A stretch of DNA of 63,699 nucleotides, filler included. It is 5 parts of 5 records of this genome, joined end to end, with 100 filler letters (N's around TTAATTAATTAA, not from the genome) between each part and the next. Parts side by side here need not be neighbours in the genome. Positions count along the whole stretch, not along the records: positions 10,030 to 20,915 come from DRR723986_6439; positions 21,016 to 28,059 come from DRR723986_6441; 3 more parts are not named here. One strand, given 5' to 3'. The first letter of the stretch is position 1; every line of letters starts with the position of its first letter. The notes under the pieces are model-generated. The model made no database searches. It saw only the letters and a program-made list of their open reading frames with translations, and was not told where the DNA came from. Both the position numbers and the translations under genes were made by a program. Shown piece after piece: positions 15,443 to 25,050 of the stretch.

Positions 15443-16720
15443 TTAGACCGCCTTCAGCTTTTTCGCAGGCGCTTTGCGTGCGGGCTTGCGTTCTGAGTTG
15501 GCGTTCATGAAGTCGATGACCAGCGGACGGATGTTGTCGCGCCAGCTGCGGCCCGCAAAGATACCATAGTGACCGGCGCCGGGTTCGACGTGGCTGGCCT
15601 TTTTGCTGTCGGGCAGGCTGGTGCACAGGTCCAATGCTGCGATGCACTGACCGGGCGCGGAAATGTCATCATTTGCACCTTCGACGGTTTTTACCGCGAC
15701 GTTGGTGATTTTGCCCATGTCGATTTTGTGGCCTTTGACGGTGAATTCGTTTTTGGCGATTTCACAGTTTTTGAACACGCGTTCGACGGTGGACAGATAA
15801 AATTCAGCGGTCATGTCCATGACGGCGAGGTATTCATCATAGAACCGGTTGTGCGCATCATGATCCGAGGCTTCGCCCCGCATGGCGCGCTGGATCTGAT
15901 CCTGAAACGCTTTGGAGTGACGCTCGCCGTTCATCGACATAAAGGACGACAGCTGCAGCAGGCCGGGATAGACCATGCGGCCAACGCCGGGGTATTTAAA
16001 GCCCACCTGCTGGATCATGGTTTCTTCGAGTTGGCCCATGGTGACGCGACGGCCGAAATCGGTGACTTCGGTGGCGTTGGCATCCGGGTTCACAGGTCCG
16101 CCGATCAGGGTCAGCGACAGGGGCTGCGCATCGGGGTCCTGTTCGGCCAGATAGGCGGTGGCGGCCAAGGTCAGCGGGGCAGGTTGGCACACGGCGATGA
16201 CATGGGTGTCGGGACCCATTTCGCGCATGAAATCAACCAGGTAGAGTGTGTAATCTTCGACGTCGAACTTGCCAGCCGAGACGGGAATGTCGCGGGCATT
16301 GTGCCAGTCGGTAATGTAAACTTCGCAGTTGACCATCAGGCTTTTGACGGTCGAGCGCAGCAGGGTTGCGTAATGGCCAGACATGGGGGCGACCAGCAGA
16401 ACCTTGCGGGGTTGTTCTTGGCGGCCGTTCACTTTGAAATGGATCAGATCGCCAAAGGGGCCTTCGACGACGGTGCGGATGTCGACCAGATGGTCTTTGC
16501 CGTCTTCGCAAGTAAAGGTGCGGATGCCCCAATCGGGTTTGACAACCATACGCTGGAACGTGCGTTCGGTGACTTCGCCCCAAGCCGCCATCCAGTTCAG
16601 GGCGGGGTTGGGCATCATCGCAAACATGGGATAAGACGCCATGGAATTGGCAGATGCGCCGAGCCACTGATTGGTGTTTCGCACCGTTTCCATCAGGTCG
16701 TAGGTCATCATATAGCGCAT
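15443..16720 (-). CDS. phaZ: Intracellular polyhydroxyalkanoate depolymerase
   Basis: 'VAPMSGHYATLLR', 'AVCQP', 'FYDEYLAVMD', 'GHYGIF'. Confidence 0.95.
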   Translation of the reverse strand: MRYMMTYDLMETVRNTNQWLGASANSMASYPMFAMMPNPALNWMAAWGEVTERTFQRMVVKPDWGIRTFTCEDGKDHLVDIRTVVEGPFGDLIHFKVNGRQEQPRKVLLVAPMSGHYATLLRSTVKSLMVNCEVYITDWHNARDIPVSAGKFDVEDYTLYLVDFMREMGPDTHVIAVCQPAPLTLAATAYLAEQDPDAQPLSLTLIGGPVNPDANATEVTDFGRRVTMGQLEETMIQQVGFKYPGVGRMVYPGLLQLSSFMSMNGERHSKAFQDQIQRAMRGEASDHDAHNRFYDEYLAVMDMTAEFYLSTVERVFKNCEIAKNEFTVKGHKIDMGKITNVAVKTVEGANDDISAPGQCIAALDLCTSLPDSKKASHVEPGAGHYGIFAGRSWRDNIRPLVIDFMNANSERKPARKAPAKKLKAV

Positions 16721-16797
16721 CGATTGGCTCTCCTAATAAAATACCGGATAAACCCGGACCATTCGTCGCTTTGCCCCCCGCAACCCACGACGTTATT

Positions 16798-16808
16798 CTG
16801 CGTAGCAG
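16798..16808. promoter_or_regulatory. PhaR box (CTGC-N3-GCAG) between phaZ and phaC
   Basis: CTGCGTAGCAG. Confidence 0.65.
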
Positions 16809-16832
16809 CGAGACTAGGGGGGATTCCTTTAA

Positions 16833-18635
16833 ATGACAACTGGCCAAGACAACGCACCGGAATTGACCGGCGAACACTTTGAACGCCTTAAAGAAAATAT
16901 GACCAAAGTTGAGGAATTATCCAAACGCTTGGTCGAAATTATGTCTGGGAAAAATCCGCACCACCCGGCGCTGGATGGCCCGAATCAAGATCTTTTTGCA
17001 AAGGCAGCAAAGGCTTATTGGGCAGACGCTGCGCAAAATCCCGCCAAGTTGTGGGAACAACAGATCGAATTCTGGGGCAAAACAGTGATGAATTTCGCTG
17101 AAGCGCAGAAATCGCTGACCTCGGGCGGGGTCGAAACGGGCGAGGAGGCCCCGAAAGATCGCCGTTTCGCAAACCCCATGTGGGACACCAACCCCTATTT
17201 CCATTTTATCAAACAACAATATCTCACCAATGCCGCCACAATTGAACAGGCGCTTGCAGAGGTGAACGAAGACGACCCCACCGAAAAACAGCGGCTGCAA
17301 TATTTCGCGCAGCAAATTGTTGATATGATGGCGCCGACCAATTTTCTCGCGACCAACCCGGATGCTTTGGAAAAGGCCGTCGAAACCGAAGGCCAATCGC
17401 TGGTGAAGGGGTTGGAAAACATGGTGGCCGATCTTGAGGCCAACAAGGGCGAGCTGATTGTGCGGCTGGCGGATGAAACCGCGTTTGAGCTGGGCGGCAA
17501 TATCGCCACCACGCCGGGTGATGTGGTGTTCCGCAACAATATGATGGAGCTGATCCAATACAAACCGGTGACTGAAACTGTGCACGATATCCCTATCGTG
17601 CTGTTTCCGCCCTGGATCAACAAATTCTATATTTTGGATCTCAAGGCCCAGAACAGCATGATTAAATGGGTGACCGAGCAGGGGTATACCCTGTTTGTGG
17701 TCAGCTGGGTGAACCCAGATACCTCGCATGCGGACATCGGGCTGGAAGATTATATTCAGGACGGGTTCCTGACCGCCTTTGATGAGGTCAAAAAGATCTG
17801 CAACGTCAAGCAGGTCAACGCGGTGGGCTATTGCATCGCGGGCACCACGCTGAGCCTGACGCTTTCGTTGCTAAAGCAACGCGGCGATAAGACGGTGAAA
17901 TCGGCGACCTTCTTTACGGCGCTGACGGATTTCTCGGATCAGGGGGAATTCACCCCGTTCCTGCAGAATGATTTCATCGATGGTATCGAAGAAGAGGTGA
18001 ACAAGCAGGGCATTCTGCGGTCTTATATCATGGCGCGGACGTTCTCGTACCTGCGGTCCAACGATCTGATCTATTCGCCTGCGATCCGCAGTTACATGCT
18101 GGGGGAAACACCGCCTGCGTTTGATTTGCTCTATTGGAACGGGGACGGGGCCAACCTGCCGGCCAAGATGGCGGTGGAGTATTTGCGGGGGCTGTGTCAG
18201 CGCAACGAATTTGCCGATGGTGGGTTCGAACTGATGGGGCACACGCTGAACCTGAAGGAAGTGGATGTCCCGCTGATGTCGATCACCTGCGAAACGGATC
18301 ACATTGCGGCGTGGAAAGATTGCTATCGGGGTGTGCAGAAGATGGGGTCGCGTAACAAAACGTTCGTGGTTTCAGAGTCGGGTCACATTGCGGGTATCGT
18401 GAACCCACCCAGCAAAAAGAAATACGGTCATTATCTGAACCCCGATCTAAAGGGGGATGCCGAGACTTGGATGAAAGAGGCCGATTACCACGCCGGGTCG
18501 TGGTGGCCGATGTGGGAAACCTGGCTGAAGAAGCGGTCAGGCAAGCAAGTTCCGGCGCGTGATACCGGCGATTCGGATCACCCGCGCCTTGCACCCGCGC
18601 CGGGGGACTACGTCACCGTCAAAGCAAGCCGTTGA
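16833..18635 (+). CDS. phaC: Class I PHA synthase
   Basis: 'PPWINKFYILDL', 'GYCIAGT' catalytic Cys, 'DHIA', 'SGHIAG'. Confidence 0.97.
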   Translation: MTTGQDNAPELTGEHFERLKENMTKVEELSKRLVEIMSGKNPHHPALDGPNQDLFAKAAKAYWADAAQNPAKLWEQQIEFWGKTVMNFAEAQKSLTSGGVETGEEAPKDRRFANPMWDTNPYFHFIKQQYLTNAATIEQALAEVNEDDPTEKQRLQYFAQQIVDMMAPTNFLATNPDALEKAVETEGQSLVKGLENMVADLEANKGELIVRLADETAFELGGNIATTPGDVVFRNNMMELIQYKPVTETVHDIPIVLFPPWINKFYILDLKAQNSMIKWVTEQGYTLFVVSWVNPDTSHADIGLEDYIQDGFLTAFDEVKKICNVKQVNAVGYCIAGTTLSLTLSLLKQRGDKTVKSATFFTALTDFSDQGEFTPFLQNDFIDGIEEEVNKQGILRSYIMARTFSYLRSNDLIYSPAIRSYMLGETPPAFDLLYWNGDGANLPAKMAVEYLRGLCQRNEFADGGFELMGHTLNLKEVDVPLMSITCETDHIAAWKDCYRGVQKMGSRNKTFVVSESGHIAGIVNPPSKKKYGHYLNPDLKGDAETWMKEADYHAGSWWPMWETWLKKRSGKQVPARDTGDSDHPRLAPAPGDYVTVKASR

Positions 18636-18659
18636 TTTTGCTCTGTTCTTAAAATTATT

Positions 18660-18700
18660 CTGCACCGCAGCAAAAAATATCTTGAAATGCTGCGATGCAG
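18660..18700. promoter_or_regulatory. Tandem PhaR boxes upstream of phaP
   Basis: CTGCACCGCAG (18660-18670) and CTGCGATGCAG (18690-18700), 30 bp apart. Confidence 0.75.
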
Positions 18701-18766
18701 AAAGCATATTCTCATCAGCTGAACGAAAACGGGGTGGGCCCGTAAACAGCCTAGAGGATTGATACA

Positions 18767-19213
18767 ATGAACAAGACACAAGATTTTTCCGCGATCATGA
18801 AAGACATGATGGGTTCTTTTCCAGTTGATACCGGTGCTGTTGAAGACGCATTCAAAAGCACAGCTTCGCTGAACGAAAAACTGTCTGGCGTTGCTCTGGA
18901 AGCTGCTGAGAAATCCGCAGAGATCTCCAACAAATGGACAAAAGAAACTCTGTCGAAACTGACCGAAGTTTCCAAAGTTAAAGCTGATCCAGCTGACTAC
19001 GCAAAAGCCGCAACCGATTTCGCATCGGCCGCTGCTGAAGTTGCTGCAGAAAACATGTCTGCTTTCGCTGAAATCGCGAAAAAAGTTCAGATGGACACAG
19101 TTGAGTTGATGATGGCTGCTGGCAAAGACGTTGCAGAAGATGCATCCGCTGCTGTTCAAAAAGCAACCAACGACGTAACTGCCGCTGCTCAGAAAGCAAC
19201 AGCAGGTAAGTAA
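18767..19213 (+). CDS. phaP: Phasin
   Basis: Ala/Lys-rich helical 148-aa protein between phaC and phaR; GAGG RBS. Confidence 0.9.
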   Translation: MNKTQDFSAIMKDMMGSFPVDTGAVEDAFKSTASLNEKLSGVALEAAEKSAEISNKWTKETLSKLTEVSKVKADPADYAKAATDFASAAAEVAAENMSAFAEIAKKVQMDTVELMMAAGKDVAEDASAAVQKATNDVTAAAQKATAGK

Positions 19214-19219
19214 GAAATA

Positions 19220-19291
19220 AAGCGGGATCGCTCCCTCTCCTCCCTTTAGGAGTATCCCGCTTGGGCAGATCGCAAGATCTGCCCTTTCTTT
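19220..19291 (+). ncRNA. Candidate phaP 3'-UTR sRNA: CUCCUCCC-loop hairpin plus terminator
   Basis: AAGCGGGAT-CG-CTCC-[CTCTCCTCCCTTTA]-GGAG-T-ATCCCGCTT, then a terminator hairpin. Confidence 0.5.
19263..19291 (+). terminator. Rho-independent terminator of phaP
   Basis: GGGCAGATC-GCAA-GATCTGCCC followed by TTTCTTT. Confidence 0.85.
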
Positions 19292-19425
19292 GTTCTAGGG
19301 CCTGTGTTTTTGGTCTGGTGTTTCGGGGCCGCCCTTTGGTCATGATGAGACAGGCGCGCACCCAGTAGAGAATTGAGGAAACAGGCAAAACAGGCTGTTG
19401 CTGTTCGCTGCTCTTTCTTTTTGTT

Positions 19426-19456
19426 CTGCGCTCGCATAGTCTACGCTGCAATGCAT
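19426..19456. promoter_or_regulatory. Degenerate PhaR boxes upstream of phaR
   Basis: CTGCGCTCGCAT and CTGCAATGCAT. Confidence 0.5.
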
Positions 19457-19477
19457 CATCCTTGGGGAGGGAAGTCC

Positions 19478-20038
19478 GTGGCAGATACCGATAAGCCGCT
19501 GTTGATCAAGCGTTATGCCAGCCGGCGGCTCTATAATACCGAAACCAGTGATTACGTCACTCTGGAAGACATCGCAGGGTTCATCCGCGAAGGCCGCGAA
19601 GTTCAGATTATTGACCTGAAATCAGGCGATGACCTGACGCGCCAGTATCTGTTGCAGATCATCGCAGAACACGAAAGCAGGGGCGAAAATGTTTTGCCCG
19701 TGGATGTTTTGAACGATCTGGTGCGCAGTTACATGCAACCCGGTGGTGGGGTGATGCCGCAGTTTCTGCAAAGCTCTTTTGATATGCTGCGTGAAAGCCA
19801 ATCCAAGATGATGGAAGGCATGACCGCCATCAATCCGATGTCTCAGATCCCCGGGTTTGACGCAATGCAGGCGCAGCAACAGGCGTTCCTGAAGGCGATG
19901 ACGGGTGGTTTAGGGGCAAACTGGTCGGCCCCAGATGCAAGCGAAGACAAAGCTGCGACCGAAGAGAGTGGCGAGGATCTGGACGAGATCAAAAAGCAGC
20001 TGGCGGAATTGCAGAGCAAACTGTCCAAGCTGAGCTAA
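19478..20038 (+). CDS. phaR: PHA synthesis repressor
   Basis: 'IKRYASRRLYNTETSDYVTL', 'DLTRQYLLQII'; GTG start after GGAGG. Confidence 0.95.
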   Translation: MADTDKPLLIKRYASRRLYNTETSDYVTLEDIAGFIREGREVQIIDLKSGDDLTRQYLLQIIAEHESRGENVLPVDVLNDLVRSYMQPGGGVMPQFLQSSFDMLRESQSKMMEGMTAINPMSQIPGFDAMQAQQQAFLKAMTGGLGANWSAPDASEDKAATEESGEDLDEIKKQLAELQSKLSKLS

Positions 20039-20101
20039 GTTTTTTGTCGGTAAGGCAAAGATTATAGAGGCCCCGGTTGGGGCCTCTTTGTTGTTTGGGG
20101 C

Positions 20102-20915
20102 TTAGGTGCCAAAGACGCGCAGGGGGCCGGCCACTTCTGACATGGCCTCTAGCAAGATATCCGCAACCGCATCCAGTTCCGCCCGGGTCAGGCGCACGGG
20201 CAAGCGCACATCGCAGGCCTGCATCAGCATGGCGCGTGTTTGGGGCAGGTCAGGCAGATCGGGAATGAACTGCCAGTTCCAGAACGCGCGCGCGTTATCC
20301 TCGCTCAGGCCAAACACCTGAACCTTGACGCCTTTGGCCTCGGCAGCGGCGGCAAAGGCGCGGGTGTCGGCCTCGTCCAGTCCGGTGATATTGAACTGGA
20401 TGGAGTCGGGCGCGCGGACTTCGGGCGTCAGCGGCGCGGGAACGGTGATCCAGGGTGAGGAATTCAGTCGCTCGGCCACATAGTCGTGGTTGGCGCGACC
20501 ATCGCGCACCCGGCGCATCAGTTCGGGCAATTGGGGCCGGATCACAGCGGCGCTGAGGTTGCTCATCCGCAGGTTATAGAGCGGCAGTTGGTTTTGCCAT
20601 TTGGCAAAGGCATCCTGTAGAACCGGGTGTTTCTTCCAATTATGCTCGTATGCGCCGGACATGATGATCGCGCGCGCTACAATGTCGGCGTCATCGGTGA
20701 TCAGGATGCCGCCTTCGCCTGCGTTGATCATTTTATAGGACTGGAACGAGAAACAACCAACGCGGCCGAGGGTGCCGATGTTTTCGCCATGCCATGTGGT
20801 GCCCAGCGAGTGCGCGGCGTCTTCGATCACGGGGATATTGCGGGCGTCACACAGGGTCATGATCGCATCCATATCCGACGTATGGCCGCGCATGTGGCTG
20901 ATGATGACCGCCTGC
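20102..20915 (-). CDS. DegT/DnrJ/EryC1/StrS PLP aminotransferase (5' truncated by gap)
   Basis: 'IEDAAHS', 'FSFQSYKMINAGEGG'. Confidence 0.9.
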
Positions 20916-21015
20916 NNNNNNNNNNNNNNNNNNNNNNNNNNNNNNNNNNNNNNNNNNNNTTAATTAATTAANNNNNNNNNNNNNNNNNNNNNNNNNNNNN
21001 NNNNNNNNNNNNNNN
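20916..21015. other. Artificial contig linker
   Basis: N-run + TTAATTAATTAA + N-run. Confidence 0.98.
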
Positions 21016-21016
21016 G

Positions 21017-21172
21017 AACATCGCCAACTTTACCCTTGGCCGGTCCGAGGCAAAGGGCGAGGCAATTGCCTTGCTTTATGTGGATGATGCCGTGCCCGCC
21101 TCTGTCATCGACAAACTGCAAGGCACAGGTCTGTTTACGCAGGTAAAACCGCTCGCGTTTGAAGTGGCTTGA
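21017..21172 (+). CDS. serA: D-3-phosphoglycerate dehydrogenase, C-terminal ACT end
   Basis: Manual translation NIANFTLGRSEAKGEAIALLYVDDAVPASVIDKLQGTGLFTQVKPLAFEVA*. Confidence 0.85.
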   Translation, partial: NIANFTLGRSEAKGEAIALLYVDDAVPASVIDKLQGTGLFTQVKPLAFEVA

Positions 21173-21265
21173 ACAATCGTTGGCGCGGCAACGGCTGCGC
21201 CAACCCCCTTGAGGTTTCAGCGTTGCCGCCTTTTCATTTCGGGATGTGTCCGCTACCAGAAATCC

Positions 21266-22000
21266 ATGACAAACCAGATATATGCCATCGGTGATATTCA
21301 CGGCCAATTGAGCGAACTGCAGCGGGTTCTTGCCCTGATCGAACAGGATGGCGGCCCGGATGCGAGGATCGTGTTTCTGGGTGATTACACTGATAGAGGC
21401 CCGGACAGCAAAGCGGTGCTGGATCTGCTGATCAATGGTCAGTCACGTGGGCGGAACTGGCAATTCATTCTTGGCAACCACGACCGGATGTTCAGCTGGT
21501 TCATGCAGGAGATTCCGCGCCATGACGATCATCTGCCGATCCATCTTTATTGGCTGCATCAGCGGCTTGGCGGAGATACGACGCTGGCCTCCTATGGGAT
21601 CGAGTTTGAAGAAACCGACAGAAAATCAGCTGTTCATCTAGAGGCGCGAAAGGCTGTGCCGGAGGCTCATTTGACATTCCTGAACGCACTGTCGCTGTCT
21701 GTTGAAACCGATCATCTGTTCTTTTGCCATGCAGGGATCAGGCCCGGTGTTCCCTTGGCCAACCAGACCGAACAGGATCTGATCTGGATCAGGCAAGAGT
21801 TCCACAATGATCCGCGCCCGCATCCGAAACTGATCGTGCATGGTCATACCCCCGTGCCGGAGGCGATGCATTATGGCAATCGCATCAATCTCGACAGTGG
21901 CGCGGGCTATGGCAAGCCGCTGACGGCGGCGGTGTTTGAAGACGCAGAGTGCTGGCTGCTGACGGATCAGGGCCGCGTGCCGTTGGCTTCGTCTGTTTGA
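21266..22000 (+). CDS. Metallophosphoesterase (PrpA/ApaH-like Ser/Thr phosphatase)
   Basis: GDIHG, GDYTDRG, GNHD, HAG, HGHT motifs. Confidence 0.92.
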   Translation: MTNQIYAIGDIHGQLSELQRVLALIEQDGGPDARIVFLGDYTDRGPDSKAVLDLLINGQSRGRNWQFILGNHDRMFSWFMQEIPRHDDHLPIHLYWLHQRLGGDTTLASYGIEFEETDRKSAVHLEARKAVPEAHLTFLNALSLSVETDHLFFCHAGIRPGVPLANQTEQDLIWIRQEFHNDPRPHPKLIVHGHTPVPEAMHYGNRINLDSGAGYGKPLTAAVFEDAECWLLTDQGRVPLASSV

Positions 22001-22995
22001 TCTGCCATCACGATCTTTTTGATCGGCTGTTCCACTTCTGAAAAATCATTCACGCAAAACACCGGAACGCCAGCGCCTCGGATCTCGTCCATCGCGGCGC
22101 GGCTTTGGGCATCCGGCCCCGGCCCTGGCTTGCGCAGAACCACCGCCATCACCCGCCCCGGATGGCGCAGTACAGCATCGCGGTAGACCATTGCATCATG
22201 CTGGCCCGTATCCCCCATCAGGACATAGCCAAGCTGCGGATTGGCCGCCATCAAAACGTCAATCGCCCCGCCCTTGTGATCGCCATGGGTGCCGGTCACA
22301 AATTGGGTCTGGCTGAGCCCCAGATCGCGCAGAAATTTTGGGCCTTTCACCAGATCAGCCAGATGAAAAATCCGGTCAAGAAAGTGGTGCAGGTTCCACG
22401 GACTTGAACTGACATAATAGACCGGGTTTCGCCCCCCTTCTGACAGTGATTGCAGGCAAGTGACTGCATCGGGGAAGATCCGCCGCGTCAGCGCATTACC
22501 GGTCAGCGAATTCCACAGATTGCGGATCAGGGAATAGGCACCGGTTTTGAGAACCGTGTCGTCAATGTCCGAAATGACCCCAAACCGTGCTGTCCCATCT
22601 GGAACCAGCACCGGACAAAGGGTTTGCCCCGCCTGCCCCGCGATGGCGACAGGGATATCCACCCAGCCGCTTTGCCGGTCTCGCGGCAATAGCAACGTGA
22701 AATAGCCTTCATCGTCGCTGATCGCATTTATCGTGCCTGATTGAACAGTAACATTGGCCACTTCATCGGTCAGAAACAGCGAGAACATCTGCTTGAAATT
22801 GACCCACCGCGATTGGGTGGGGGTGGGCGCGTTGCGGCGCAAGGCGGTCAACACTCTGCCCCGCACCACGATATGATCGGGATTGGCATAGCCGATGTAG
22901 GGCTCAATGATCCGCCGTGGATCACGCTGGCCCTTGATCCGGTCCAGCAGGCGCTCGGCTCGCCAAGCAATTGCGTGCAGTGTTTTCTTGATCAT
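21967..22995 (-). CDS. App1-family phosphatidate phosphatase (DUF2183)
   Basis: 'ISDIDDTV', 'YVSSSPWNL', 'GDTGQHD'. Confidence 0.85.
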   Translation of the reverse strand: MIKKTLHAIAWRAERLLDRIKGQRDPRRIIEPYIGYANPDHIVVRGRVLTALRRNAPTPTQSRWVNFKQMFSLFLTDEVANVTVQSGTINAISDDEGYFTLLLPRDRQSGWVDIPVAIAGQAGQTLCPVLVPDGTARFGVISDIDDTVLKTGAYSLIRNLWNSLTGNALTRRIFPDAVTCLQSLSEGGRNPVYYVSSSPWNLHHFLDRIFHLADLVKGPKFLRDLGLSQTQFVTGTHGDHKGGAIDVLMAANPQLGYVLMGDTGQHDAMVYRDAVLRHPGRVMAVVLRKPGPGPDAQSRAAMDEIRGAGVPVFCVNDFSEVEQPIKKIVMADQTDEANGTRP

Positions 22996-23048
22996 AAGAG
23001 GCTAACGCCGCAGCCGGAGGAATGGATCCCTCCAGCGGCGACAATAGC

Positions 23049-24089
23049 TCAGGTCCAGTCCAGAACCACCTTGCCCGATTGACCCGATTTCATCGCGGCG
23101 AACCCCTGTTCGAAGTCATCGATCCCAAACCGATGGGTGATGATTGCCGAAATGTCCAAGCCGTTTTCCAGCATCGCAATCATCTTGTACCAAGTCTCGA
23201 AAATCTCGCGGCCATAGACGCCTTTGATGGTGATCGCCTTGAACACGATGCGTGACCAATCCACAGGGCTTTTGCCCGGCGGTATGCCCAACATGGCAAT
23301 GCGTCCGCCCATCGTCATCGCCTCAACCATCTGGTCCAGTGCGACCTGATTGCCGGACATTTCCAGCCCCACGTCAAACCCCTGTTTCATCTTCAGTCGC
23401 GGGATCACATCACGCAAATCTTCCTTGGCAACATTGACCGGCACAACATCCGTGACCTTTTGCGCCAATGCCAGACGATCCTCATTGATGTCGGTGATCA
23501 CCACATGCCGTGCGCCCACATGCCGCGCCACTGCGGCGGCCATGATGCCGATAGGGCCGGCCCCAGTGATCAACACATCCTCGCCCACCAGATCAAAGCT
23601 CAGGGCGGTGTGCACAGCATTGCCCAAAGGATCCAGAATCGCGCCAATGTCATCGGAAATCTCATCCGGCAGTGGTACGACGTTGAATGCAGGCAGGCGC
23701 AGATATTGGGCAAACGCACCCTGTTCATTCACCCCGATACCACGCGTGGCCGGATCAAGGTGGAACTTTCCCGCACGGCTTTGGCGAGAGTTCTTGCCGA
23801 TCAGATGTCCCTCGCCGGAACAACGCTGCCCAATCTCAAGCCCTTCGACATTGCGGCCAAGCTCGACAATTTCACCGGCAAACTCATGCCCGGTGATCAT
23901 CGGCACAGGCACGGTTTTCTCTGCCCATTCATCCCAGTTCCAGATGTGAATATCGGTGCCGCAGATGCCGGTCTTGTTGATGCGGATCAGCACGTCATCC
24001 GGGCCGATCTCCGGCACGGGCGCGTGGGTCATCCAAAGCCCTTCGCGGGCGTGCAGCTTGGACAGGGCTTTCATTTCATTGGTGGTCAT
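23049..24089 (-). CDS. tdh: L-threonine 3-dehydrogenase
   Basis: '[15 protein letters not shown]', GHE, '[11 protein letters not shown]', 'GREIFETWY'. Confidence 0.97.
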   Translation of the reverse strand: MTTNEMKALSKLHAREGLWMTHAPVPEIGPDDVLIRINKTGICGTDIHIWNWDEWAEKTVPVPMITGHEFAGEIVELGRNVEGLEIGQRCSGEGHLIGKNSRQSRAGKFHLDPATRGIGVNEQGAFAQYLRLPAFNVVPLPDEISDDIGAILDPLGNAVHTALSFDLVGEDVLITGAGPIGIMAAAVARHVGARHVVITDINEDRLALAQKVTDVVPVNVAKEDLRDVIPRLKMKQGFDVGLEMSGNQVALDQMVEAMTMGGRIAMLGIPPGKSPVDWSRIVFKAITIKGVYGREIFETWYKMIAMLENGLDISAIITHRFGIDDFEQGFAAMKSGQSGKVVLDWT

Positions 24090-25050
24090 TTTGATCCTCC
24101 CACAGATCCGTGGACAGGTATTTCAACCCGCTGTCACAGACGATCATCGCAACGGTTCCGCCGCGCTCGGCCCCGCGCAGCAAGGCAATGGCGGCGGCCA
24201 GATTTGCGCCCGCAGAATAACCACCAAACACCCCCTCGACCTGCGCCAGCATGCGCGCCGCATCGCGGGCCTCAGGTCCGGTGATAGCCAGCGTTCCGGC
24301 GATATTGGATGCCTTCAGGTGGGTGAGGTCCGCCATGGCATAGCCGCCACCTTGAATGGGGTGGTTCGGATCAGACACGGGATGGCCCGCGATCACCTCG
24401 GCACCAGCAGGTTCAACCGCATAGCAGCGCACACCCTTTGGTCCCAAGGCCTGCGCCACGCCGGCCAGTGTTCCGCCCGATCCGGCAAAATCGCAGAACG
24501 CCTTGACCGTGCCGCCAGATTGTGCCCATAACTCTGGCCCGGTTCCGTTTTCATGCCCTGCGGGGTTGCCGGGGTCTTCGAATTGATCGGCGCGAAATGC
24601 GCCAGTTTGATCAGTGATCCGTTGCACCTCTGCATCAACCTGTTTGAGATCCGCCGCTGTCACCTGTCCGGGGATGCCGCCGGTGGCCTGCGGCACGATC
24701 ACCACCTCTGCCCCCAACCCGCGCATCATCCGGGCGCGTTCGGTGGAATTGCCCGCGCTCATCACCGCTGTGAAAGGATGGCCAAGAACACCGCAGACAA
24801 TCGCAAGACCCGTGCCCATGTTGCCGGAGGTCAGTTCCACGACTCGTTGACCGGGTTTGAGCCGCCCATCTGCGCGGGCCGCCTCAATGATCTGCCGGGC
24901 GGCGCGGTCTTTCTTGGAATAGCCGGGCAGGAGGTTGTCCAACTTGGCCAGTATCCGCCCCTCAAGCCCCAGATGCGCGGTGAGACGGCTCAGATCGACA
25001 AGCGGGGTATTCCCGATCACGTCAATCACAGAGGCTTTGATATCCGTCAT
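24076..25050 (-). CDS. PLP-dependent cysteine synthase-family protein
   Basis: 'IGNTPLV', 'PGYSKKDR', 'TSGNMG', 'GSGGT', 'HPIQG'; overlaps both kbl and tdh. Confidence 0.85.
   Translation of the reverse strand: MTDIKASVIDVIGNTPLVDLSRLTAHLGLEGRILAKLDNLLPGYSKKDRAARQIIEAARADGRLKPGQRVVELTSGNMGTGLAIVCGVLGHPFTAVMSAGNSTERARMMRGLGAEVVIVPQATGGIPGQVTAADLKQVDAEVQRITDQTGAFRADQFEDPGNPAGHENGTGPELWAQSGGTVKAFCDFAGSGGTLAGVAQALGPKGVRCYAVEPAGAEVIAGHPVSDPNHPIQGGGYAMADLTHLKASNIAGTLAITGPEARDAARMLAQVEGVFGGYSAGANLAAAIALLRGAERGGTVAMIVCDSGLKYLSTDLWEDQNDHQ

Noticed and set aside
18767-19213. Lower GC of phaP as a sign of horizontal transfer
   Set aside because: Codon choice (GCT/GCA, AAA, GTT, TCT) is typical of highly expressed genes, and the gene sits in its conserved cluster
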